Of a DNA stretch of 64,000 nt, positions 15,846 to 23,512 are shown one piece after another (position 1 is the first letter of the stretch; every line of letters starts with the position of its first letter). Under the pieces are notes generated by a model. It had not been told where the DNA came from. It searched no databases and saw only the letters and a program-made list of their open reading frames with translations. The DNA comes from a virus: positions 41,619-105,618 of the IMG/VR virus record IMGVR_UViG_3300035698_010625. One strand, 5' to 3'. The position numbers and the translations under genes are program-made.

Positions 15846-15920
15846 GCCTGCTAAGCATTAATGGTGATGCACTGGTTTTGTAATCCAGAGAAGAGGGATC
15901 GTTACCTTCAGTCGGCACCA
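15846..15920 (+). tRNA. tRNA-Thr(TGT)
   Basis: TT-TGT-AA, CCA; atypical T loop ATCGTTA. Confidence 0.83.
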
Positions 15921-15923
15921 AAT

Positions 15924-15997
15924 CGCGAGATGTTGAAATGGCATCCTGCTGGGCTCATAACCCTTCGTTGGCGGTTCAACTCCGTCTTTCGCTACCA
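15924..15997 (+). tRNA. Initiator tRNA-fMet(CAT)
   Basis: C1:U72 mismatch, GGG/CCC in the anticodon stem, CT-CAT-AA, CCA. Confidence 0.87.
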
Positions 15998-16110
15998 ACT
16001 TTGTGAGATCGTCAAGTGTAATTATGTTAAAGCCCGAGATGATGACATTACAAAATGTACGAATCGGTTAATCTTTAACTAGCACAAGGGACATCTCACA
16101 AACTTTTTTA

Positions 16111-16251
16111 TGTTGTAACTGCAAGGATAATGCAGGGTGGTTGGAGAGCTTGTGAGGGTGTACAACCTTTTATCCACAGGTATAAAGTTAGCTTTAACAA
16201 ATCGAGGCGCTTTATAAATCTCTAGTGAAGTTCGATTCTTCATTACAACAC
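16111..16251 (+). ncRNA. tRNA-like RNA with ~85-nt branched domain replacing the anticodon arm
   Basis: TGTTGTAA/TTACAACA acceptor, TGCA-AGGATAA-TGCA arm, TGAAG-TTCGATT-CTTCA T arm. Confidence 0.62.
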
Positions 16252-16258
16252 TTTCAAT

Positions 16259-16346
16259 GGGAGTATGGTGGAATTGGTATACACAGCAGACTTAAAATCT
16301 GCCGCCTGTAATGGGCTCGGGGGTTCGAATCCCTCTACTCCTACCA
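16259..16346 (+). tRNA. tRNA-Leu(TAA)
   Basis: GCAGA-CT-TAA-AA-TCTGC, Leu D arm, CCA. Confidence 0.95.
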
Positions 16347-16786
16347 AATTAAGGTAAATATGATGCAGGAAACAAGCACTAAAACTATAGCAGATAAAGA
16401 AGCATTGATTCTGTCTGCTGGTGAATGTTATCCAGATACATCTAGTTTTATACGAGATGAAGTTGTGAAAGACATTAATTTTAAGCTAGTTGATAAGATG
16501 TGGGGCAAATAACGAGTGTTGCTCATGCTCCAACCTTCATATACAATGGTGAATGTAAACCTTGTGTAAGTAGGTTGTACCGTAGCTATTTGAGATACAC
16601 TTATATAACTGCTGCACACATTAATGCACTGGTGTATGACATGGTAGTGGAATTAGATGATTTACTTATAGATGCTTCTGAATTTCACCCATATATGATG
16701 GCGATACCACAATTAGCTGAAGAAGAATATATTGAATTTAATCGAATTGCATTCAAACTTCGATTTGCATTTTAAAGATTAACAAT

Positions 16787-16856
16787 GCCCCGGGTGTTGG
16801 ATACACAGCAGAGGTTTCTACCCTCAGCCTTCTGGGTTCGACTCCTAGTCGGGGTA
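16787..16856 (+). tRNA. tRNA-Arg(TCT) with shortened D arm
   Basis: GAGG-TT-TCT-AC-CCTC, GCCCCGG/TCGGGGT acceptor, canonical T arm. Confidence 0.72.
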
Positions 16857-16874
16857 CACCATTTAAGGTTCATT

Positions 16875-17153
16875 ATGAAATATCTTCTTGAGTTGTATTG
16901 GATGTGGAGGGACCGCCAAAGAGCAGAAGCTGAACTCGATAAATTCATAGCTGTTAAAAAGTGGGATGCTAGCATTCGTTGGAATAATGACAAATCGGTT
17001 GAAAACATTCTTTATATTGGTCTTGAAAATGGCCGTGGTGAACGTAAAATACAAATTCATGATTATGGATTAACCCGTACTTATTCTAAGTCGAAGGCCC
17101 ATCTCATTTATACAAAGTACGTTTTGCCATGGCAGCATAAAATAAATGAATAA
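16875..17153 (+). CDS. Hypothetical protein
   Basis: ATG after the tRNA with an AAGG RBS. Confidence 0.55.
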   Translation: MKYLLELYWMWRDRQRAEAELDKFIAVKKWDASIRWNNDKSVENILYIGLENGRGERKIQIHDYGLTRTYSKSKAHLIYTKYVLPWQHKINE

Positions 17154-17259
17154 TAACCTTTATCTTAAGGTCCTATATTGATATAATATACTTATTGGAA
17201 CGCACCTATTTTGCTGTCAACGCAATGTTGGCTTTTTTGTAATTAAACGGGGATACATT

Positions 17260-18084
17260 ATGATTACGCGAAACAAATTGGCTGTTGCTATTCTTGCTGC
17301 AGTTTCCATTACTACCGCAGCACACGCATCTGAAGTTACTACAATCACCGCTGGCTCCAAGGGCGGTGCATACGCTACTTATGGCAACAATCTTGCAACT
17401 ATGCTCACCCAGAATGATTGGAAGAGTAAGGTTATTCGCAGTAAGGGTTCAATTCAGAATATTGCCCGTCTTGTAGATGGCTCAGCACAAATTGGTTTCA
17501 CCCAGGGCGATGCTTTGCAGCTCTCAAAGGCTGGTGGTAAGATTGATATTCTTGGAGCACTTGGAATGGAATGTGCTTTCATTGTTTACAGTAAGAAGGG
17601 TAAGGTCACTGACGAAGATCATCTTCAGAATGAGGGTGTGAAAATTGCTGTTGGTAAGAAAGGTACTGGTTCACAAGCAACGTGGTCTTACATGGTTCAG
17701 CTAGAACCTGCATACGGTAATGCATCTGCACAGTATACTGGCGGAGCTCGCGCACTTGGCGCACTCAAAGCAGGCACTGTTGACGCTGTTCTCTTTGTCA
17801 CCGATCCCACTAATCTGAGTCATAAGCTTATTCAAGCAGTAAATGGTGATCCAGACCTCGATTTTCTAGACGTTGATGACAGTGACTTGAATGATGATCT
17901 ACCTAATGGCACGCCTGTCTATGAATTCAAAGAAGTTGACACTGAAACGGGTGCTTTCGCGGATGACGTAGATACTATCTGTACGCCTTTGCTAGTAATT
18001 GCTAGTGCAGATGCTGACGAAGACATGCTTGATGATGCTGCAGGAATTATGCTAAGCAATCGCAATGCGGTGCTTGGTAAGTAA
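17260..18084 (+). CDS. TAXI-family TRAP transporter solute-binding protein
   Basis: Signal peptide (AHA|S), G.KGGAY, SKGSIQNI..L..G.AQIGFTQGD, G..GTGS, ALKAGTVDA motifs. Confidence 0.85.
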   Translation: MITRNKLAVAILAAVSITTAAHASEVTTITAGSKGGAYATYGNNLATMLTQNDWKSKVIRSKGSIQNIARLVDGSAQIGFTQGDALQLSKAGGKIDILGALGMECAFIVYSKKGKVTDEDHLQNEGVKIAVGKKGTGSQATWSYMVQLEPAYGNASAQYTGGARALGALKAGTVDAVLFVTDPTNLSHKLIQAVNGDPDLDFLDVDDSDLNDDLPNGTPVYEFKEVDTETGAFADDVDTICTPLLVIASADADEDMLDDAAGIMLSNRNAVLGK

Positions 18085-18107
18085 CAATGCAAAAGATAGT
18101 CGTTCCC

Positions 18108-18305
18108 AAGTTAGTACTTAATCGCTCTACGGAGAGGAAAGTCGGGACAAGCGGCATGATCGTGTGGGAGGAGTTAACTCCGCTTTACCACCGTGACATA
18201 GCTTGCAACACAAACAGGATTAGACAAATTGTGCATCAATGATATCCGGGTTGTGGCCAATAGACGAATGATAGCATAGAACAGGATCCCGCTTACGGAT
18301 TACTT
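18108..18305 (+). ncRNA. rnpB: Miniature RNase P RNA (catalytic domain only)
   Basis: CR-I GAGGAAAGTCGGG (18134) pairs with CR-V ACAGGATCCCGCTTAC (18281) to form P4 with the bulged U; CR-IV-like AGACGAATGAT. Confidence 0.85.
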
Positions 18306-18594
18306 ACTACTTACAAGGAGCAAATGATGAGCAAGGTATACCCTCACTCAAGCACTAAGCAACGCGAACGATACGTGAAACAAAACGCTATTAAAGGCGA
18401 ACGCTCTATCGGGCAAACTGATGCTTCAGTAGGCTGGTATGGACTTACAGTAAATTGGAAAGCTATTGTGCGTGGTGCACCGTGTTACATTACAACTAAC
18501 TAAAAGGAGCAAGATATGCGCTTGATGAATTTAGAGCACCTCCTTAAATTGTGATTTTTGGTAAAACACTAATTCACACTTAAGGAAACATCTA

Positions 18595-18972
18595 ATGAAA
18601 ATCACTTATCTCAAAATTAAAGTAAAGTCACTAGCAGCAGAGTCACGCATGATCCGCCAAGAGGAGTTGAAACTCAAACGTCGATACCAGGCGATTAAAC
18701 TGTTGGACAATCAGTATGACACTGCAGCAGAAGAGGGAGACATAAGGTCTACTCGTTTAGGTCTTTATGAACACCGTACAGATGATGTACGTCGAGAGTC
18801 GCGTGTAGCTAATATTGCTTACGGTCTACTTCGAGGAAGAGAGTATAGCAAAATTGAGCGAGGAGTTCGGGAGTTTAATCAACCGAAATGGACACGCGTT
18901 ACAAAGTTGATTGAGAAGTATTCAAACAGTGAGGAGCAGAAGGTTAAAGCTTTTCAACTGATTGAGCAGTAA
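18595..18972 (+). CDS. Conserved phage hypothetical protein
   Basis: LKIKVKSLAAESRMIR...R.ANIAYGLLRGREYSKIE motif common in large phages. Confidence 0.75.
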   Translation: MKITYLKIKVKSLAAESRMIRQEELKLKRRYQAIKLLDNQYDTAAEEGDIRSTRLGLYEHRTDDVRRESRVANIAYGLLRGREYSKIERGVREFNQPKWTRVTKLIEKYSNSEEQKVKAFQLIEQ

Positions 18973-18983
18973 ATATCATGACG

Positions 18984-19006
18984 GAGCGCTTCGGCGCTCT
19001 CGTTTT
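18984..19006 (+). terminator. UUCG hairpin terminator
   Basis: GAGCGC-TTCG-GCGCTC followed by T residues. Confidence 0.75.
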
Positions 19007-19075
19007 GGCTGACACGGTGACTACCTGGCTTTCAATCCAAAGGAGTTTAGGGTTCGATTCCCTTATCAGCCACCA
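19007..19075 (+). ncRNA. tRNA-like RNA with reduced D arm (TTC in loop)
   Basis: GGCTGA/TCAGCC acceptor, AGGG-TTCGATT-CCCT, A-CCA. Confidence 0.6.
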
Positions 19076-19220
19076 AATTTTAGGAGAGGCATTATGAGTA
19101 TATTTGCTTGGATTGTTTTTCCATTTTTATTCCCCGTGGTTGTCGCAATGTTTTGGGTGCTGACACATGTGGATCCATACACTGGTAAGGTTCATTGGAA
19201 TCTTACGTGGTAAACGATAT

Positions 19221-19510
19221 CATGTAGTAGTTTAAATGTTGGCATTATGAGGAAAGGTGAAGATTATTTGAAAGTAAAATTAAGTTAGTAGCAATTCTGT
19301 AGTGGTGATGTAACGAGACGTGTAGGTAAAAACGTGAGCCAAATGAAAGATTGGACAGGCATCATCATCGAGGGCGTTGCGAATTCTTCTTTTGAACCCT
19401 TTAATTAGTAACCTTTACTTACGTGTCACACGGAAAAACGCTAGGAACCCCCCCGCTTACGCGTCTCTTAATCCTGGATATCCACGGTTCAATACCGGGC
19501 TACATGGCCA
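19221..19510 (+). ncRNA. 290-nt ornate tRNA-like RNA with 194-nt D-loop insertion
   Basis: CATGTAG/CTACATG-G-CCA acceptor, split D arm, 27-nt anticodon loop, T arm, 13-bp long-range pairing 19315-19327/19455-19467. Confidence 0.75.
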
Positions 19511-19534
19511 ATTTCTTGAAACGGAGTTTATAAT

Positions 19535-19780
19535 ATGAATGATTATTTTAATGCGTTTATTATGATTTTGGTTATAGCGATAGTAACAAATGTTGGTTGG
19601 ATTATTAATTATGATGATCTTAAAACACTTCATGAAAAGGCGTTAAGTATTCATAAGATTGAAGTCATGCAACATAGACAAGCTATTTGTCGTAGTGCAA
19701 CAGCTGAACACGCAACTAATACTGCTACACTCTTCGAAGCAATCAATAAGCTCAATTCTGCTGCTAAGGCTGCAGAATAA
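19535..19780 (+). CDS. Small membrane-anchored protein
   Basis: N-terminal TM helix; GGAG RBS. Confidence 0.6.
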   Translation: MNDYFNAFIMILVIAIVTNVGWIINYDDLKTLHEKALSIHKIEVMQHRQAICRSATAEHATNTATLFEAINKLNSAAKAAE

Positions 19781-19804
19781 TTTACTTTAATGGCATAAGA
19801 TATA

Positions 19805-19836
19805 CCTTGCCAAGAAGGTCGAAACCATATATAATG
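19805..19836 (+). promoter_or_regulatory. Sigma70-type promoter, copy 2 (upstream of the large RNA)
   Basis: TTGCCA-N17-TATAAT. Confidence 0.75.
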
Positions 19837-19844
19837 GTACTATA

Positions 19845-20730
19845 ATCTGAACACAAACTAATAGATTGGGTCGCGTGGGATCCATAAGATAAGTAGCAGT
19901 AATGTTACGAAAGGCTATCTCATTTACGGATAGCGCCACTTTTATGAAGGTGGACATCTACGCAAGCCAAGCTCTTTACGGGTACCTCCGGGTGCTCTGG
20001 AAGATAAGTTGTGACCGACAAACACATCCAGGCCAACGGTGAGGATGATAGATTCCGCAAGAATCTCGGGTCAAGCAAAAGCAACGAACTTCAATGAGCA
20101 AAGGGTAGATTGAAAAGTTAAGCTTGCAGGTAAGGCTTTCAATCAATACGATAGGTGAAAGAAGATACAGCCTTCTGGAATCTAGAAATATTGCTAAGTA
20201 GCTCGCAAGGCGAAAGGTACGAGGTGGGTGGTATTTGGTAACTCAAAGGTTATTGAGCCACAGGCATTCGCTCATCTTAAAATGTAAATATGTAAACGGA
20301 ATAGGGGAATAGGTACACCCGCCCGGCCGCCAAAGCCAGGATCTGTTGGTTCGAATCCAACTTTCGTTATCAACTTTGTATTGATAACAAATCTTAAATG
20401 CAAAGACGAATGCCACCGTGAAGTGGAAATTGCTTAATCCTCAAACCCATAGGGTAATTGAGGTTCAGGATGCTCGCAAGGCGGATTGAATTAGTTGGAG
20501 TCACAGGTAAATTCTTAGCGGAGTTACACAGCCCAGCAAGGCTGACCGGTCGATGAATGCTGAAAAGCTCGCGGATAGAGGAATCGCTACCTCTTTAAAC
20601 AAAGCAGCAATGGTTGATTACTATGCCGCTCTTCGGAGGGTAAAGTGGAAAAGAGAAGAACCTAGCGGATCGCACCGTGTGGATAATTTCTCGAAGGATC
20701 AACTGCATATGAGTATATTCTCAACTCATC
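19845..20730 (+). ncRNA. GOLLD-like large ncRNA
   Basis: About 890 nt with no credible ORF; many GCAA/GTAA/TTCG tetraloop stems; motifs recalled from GOLLD (GGTCGCG near the 5' end, GCTCGCAAGGC twice, AAATGCAAAGACG, CTTAAT, GCCCAGCAAGGCTG, GTGGAAAAG, terminal TATTCTCA hairpin); lies in a phage tRNA cluster. Confidence 0.75.
20295..20369 (+). ncRNA. tRNA-like element (CCA/Trp-like loop) embedded in the GOLLD-like RNA
   Basis: AACGGAA/TTTCGTT acceptor, GGG/CCC D stem, CCCGGC-CGCCAAA-GCCAGG, GTTGG-TTCGAAT-CCAAC. Confidence 0.7.
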
Positions 20731-20939
20731 TGTTTACTTATGGCAGGTTGTACGTTCTCTGCCTTAAACGTACTGGCTTTCTGGGGAGGCTCAGATAACC
20801 GGGTAGTTCACCTAACTACCTGCCATAAGTAAATAGGAAGATAATATGAACATTGATAAAGTTGAACTTCAGAAGATCTTTCTTGAAGTTTTTACTAAAC
20901 ACCCAGAAGCTGCAAAGATTTTTCTAAAGGGTAATAACT

Positions 20940-21239
20940 ATGAGCACGACCCCTACAAGAAGTTTGAGAGTTGAAAGATCATATACAAATAAGTTTAACC
21001 AAGTAATTGAAGTTGGTGATGAAGTAGTATTTGTTGCAACTTCTTGGGGTGGTACTGATATTCGCCAAGGTGTTTATCTTGGATATTACCCACGCACTGG
21101 TTGGGATGGTCGCCCTGCACTTCATGCTGCTAGTGTATCATACATTGGTAAGGAGTGGGATGGAAGAAAATGGATTGACGATGCAGTACTTCATTCTGTT
21201 CTTGAACTCGGTCGTGTTTTCAAAATTGAGAAAGTATAA
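20940..21239 (+). CDS. Hypothetical protein (paralog of 21239)
   Basis: N.FNQVIEVGDEV...R.GVY.GY...G.VFKI. Confidence 0.7.
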   Translation: MSTTPTRSLRVERSYTNKFNQVIEVGDEVVFVATSWGGTDIRQGVYLGYYPRTGWDGRPALHAASVSYIGKEWDGRKWIDDAVLHSVLELGRVFKIEKV

Positions 21240-21556
21240 TGGCATTCCTCGAAGAGTCATTTGTCAATGAAATCGGGCAACGTATTGAAGTTGGGGATCG
21301 TGTAATAGCGGTCGCACATGGATACAATCTCAACTGCCGTCCTGGTATCTATGAAGGTTATCACAGTCATGGCGAACAATATTATACTATCTCACAACTT
21401 GTAGAAACTGCAGATGGTGGGTTTAAGAAAGATGAACGTGGTAATTATGTGAGATATACGAAAAAACATTATTACATTCGAATGTTACATCGCGTATTGT
21501 ACGATGAAGGTTGGCGTGGAATACTTCAGAATGGTAACATTTTCAAAATTGCATAA
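21239..21556 (+). CDS. Hypothetical protein (paralog of 20940)
   Basis: NEIGQRIEVGDRV...RPGIYEGY...GNIFKI. Confidence 0.7.
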   Translation: MAFLEESFVNEIGQRIEVGDRVIAVAHGYNLNCRPGIYEGYHSHGEQYYTISQLVETADGGFKKDERGNYVRYTKKHYYIRMLHRVLYDEGWRGILQNGNIFKIA

Positions 21557-21560
21557 CAAT

Positions 21561-21650
21561 GGCATTGTGGTGGAACTAAGGTATACACAGCGTCTTCAAA
21601 AGCCGCCGGTCTTTGAGACTATGAGGGTTCGACTCCCTCCGATGCTACCA
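21561..21650 (+). tRNA. tRNA-Leu(CAA)
   Basis: Leu D arm, TT-CAA-AA, variable arm, CCA. Confidence 0.9.
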
Positions 21651-21763
21651 AGTTTAGGTTAACGAGTAACAGGCTTATAAGAAGTCGCGGTTCTTAGGTT
21701 CCTCTCCATACTGTTAATTTGGAGGAAAAGTTACTCACTCACACTATACAAAGGATCTTTATT

Positions 21764-22213
21764 ATGGGTATTATTAAACGTGATAGTATGCTTGGCCGTT
21801 GGATCTTTTCACCCAATACTTTTATCTATCAAGATGCTAAACTCTCTAGTGTTGAAACTATTAATTCTTGTCAAATTGTGCAAATGATTCTTTGGCGGTG
21901 CTTTGTAACTGTCGCAGTACTTTTTCTTGGATTTGTACTTGGTACACTAACCATCGGCTTGGTTACTGGGTTAGGCACTATGGTTGGTTTTTTCGACTTT
22001 GCTGCAATTTTCTTGTATGATTCATATTTTGGTGGTGCAGTAATGCTAGCTGGATTGATGTCAGTAATGGGATTAGTTATCGCTGGTTCATATTATTTTG
22101 AAGAATGGAAGATAGCCCGTCAGCACAAGCCCCGTGATGTTGACTCTGTTGTTGAAATCATGTATGATGGTTTCAAAAATAAGTTCTGCCCAATTTTTAA
22201 GGTAGTCGATTAA
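21764..22213 (+). CDS. Membrane protein
   Basis: 2-3 TM segments; K.KFCP C-terminus typical of phage membrane proteins. Confidence 0.7.
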   Translation: MGIIKRDSMLGRWIFSPNTFIYQDAKLSSVETINSCQIVQMILWRCFVTVAVLFLGFVLGTLTIGLVTGLGTMVGFFDFAAIFLYDSYFGGAVMLAGLMSVMGLVIAGSYYFEEWKIARQHKPRDVDSVVEIMYDGFKNKFCPIFKVVD

Positions 22214-22437
22214 ATGAAGTATTATGTAGATTCTATGAGACATTTGGTATGTGTGCCTTACAGTATATCTAATCTACATAAATGGCAGAAGTGTTAGAAA
22301 TTAATCGTTGTTGGTTTCACAAAAATCATTACGACGTACCTAAAAGAAGAATCAAAGAAATCCAAGCAAAAGCTACATTAGTATCTCCTCGAATTATTTT
22401 GAAGATTACTAAAGGTGAAGGATATGAACACCCTTGA
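22214..22437 (+). CDS. DUF4031-like protein, frameshifted at AAA 22280-22282
   Basis: Joined frames give RHLVCVPYSISNLHKMAEVLEINRCWFHKNHYDVP. Confidence 0.6.
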
Positions 22438-22885
22438 CTCTTTTTCTAACTGCATGCCTATTACGAACTTTGGAGACGAAGACACTCGTTTTCTCAGTAA
22501 CTTTTGGATGCCAGTAATAGGGCTTGAAGGTCCTTCGGTAGAACACGTGTACGCCGCTGCTAAAGCGGTTTCAGAACTTGACCGTGAAGCAATTCTCGCT
22601 TGCCAAACTCCTGGTCAAGCTAAGCGCCTTGGGTCCAAGGTTCAAAAAATCAAGTGCTGGGATGACATTAAACTAAACGTTATGTTCTCTGCACTTCTGA
22701 TAAAATTCAACTTTAAGAAAAATCCGGAACTTGCTAGACAGTTGCTTCTAACTAAGGATCGTGACATAATAGAAGGAAACACCTGGGGAGACACTTTCTG
22801 GGGGACTTGCAACGGTAAAGGTGAGAACCATTTAGGAAAACAGTTAATGGAAATAAGATCCCTATTAACTCGTTGTGATATATAG
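22424..22885 (+). CDS. NADAR/YbiA family protein
   Basis: FLSNFW, SVEH.Y.A.K, PGQAKRLG, IIEGNTWGDTFWG, GENHLGKQLM. Confidence 0.93.
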   Translation: MNTLDSFSNCMPITNFGDEDTRFLSNFWMPVIGLEGPSVEHVYAAAKAVSELDREAILACQTPGQAKRLGSKVQKIKCWDDIKLNVMFSALLIKFNFKKNPELARQLLLTKDRDIIEGNTWGDTFWGTCNGKGENHLGKQLMEIRSLLTRCDI

Positions 22886-22900
22886 TCTAAAGGAAAACAA

Positions 22901-23248
22901 ATGAAAGTTGGAAGAAAATGCTTTGAGAAATACTATGATGAAGTAAATCATTGTTATATCACAACAGCTAGTCCAAAAGAAATGGACGCTATCTTCACAG
23001 CAAAATTAAACAATGCTGGCGAAAGTGGAATGATTAAAGATCATTTCCCTGATTCAGTATTCAAACGTCTAAAGAAGAAAGGTTTAATTTATACTTACCG
23101 TGGTTACAGATTTCATAGAACTCAACGTACAATGGTGAGGTTAAAGACCTTTACTCATTTAGAAGTAGTAGAAGAAAGAGTCCCGTATCGTAAACGCAAT
23201 GAAGATATTGCCCTAATGAAAGAGAAGTCAAAATGTCGTCGAAATTAG
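22901..23248 (+). CDS. Hypothetical protein
   Basis: ORF with an AAGGA RBS. Confidence 0.6.
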   Translation: MKVGRKCFEKYYDEVNHCYITTASPKEMDAIFTAKLNNAGESGMIKDHFPDSVFKRLKKKGLIYTYRGYRFHRTQRTMVRLKTFTHLEVVEERVPYRKRNEDIALMKEKSKCRRN

Positions 23249-23512
23249 TAATCGTATTCGCAACACCACAAGGTGCTGAAACTCCAAGTATTGAAGTATT
23301 TTTTCCAACAGCTGATGAAGCTCTAGCAGTATCTCAGAGTGTACGCGTTGGTGGAACACAAAGTGCTTGGGCAACATATATTCAAGAAGTTCAATCAGAT
23401 GTAGTTGGTTCATTTCCTAATGGTGATGCATGATTAAAGAGTTGACTTAATCATCACAAAGACTGGAGGTATAGTATGTCATTAGGTAATTAAATAACCT
23501 AGGAGGCATCGC

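Noticed and set aside
10064-16082. ORFs 10064, 10250, 10420, 11374, 11910, 12629, 13219, 13931, 15235 and 15861
   Set aside because: They overlap tRNA or ncRNA genes and are chance frames
19221-19510. tmRNA, or tRNA with a group I intron
   Set aside because: No G3:U70 Ala identity, the insertion is in the D loop, and no tag reading frame or group I P7 core was recognised
20553-20798. 81-aa ORF
   Set aside because: Lies inside the 3' domain of the GOLLD-like RNA; no RBS
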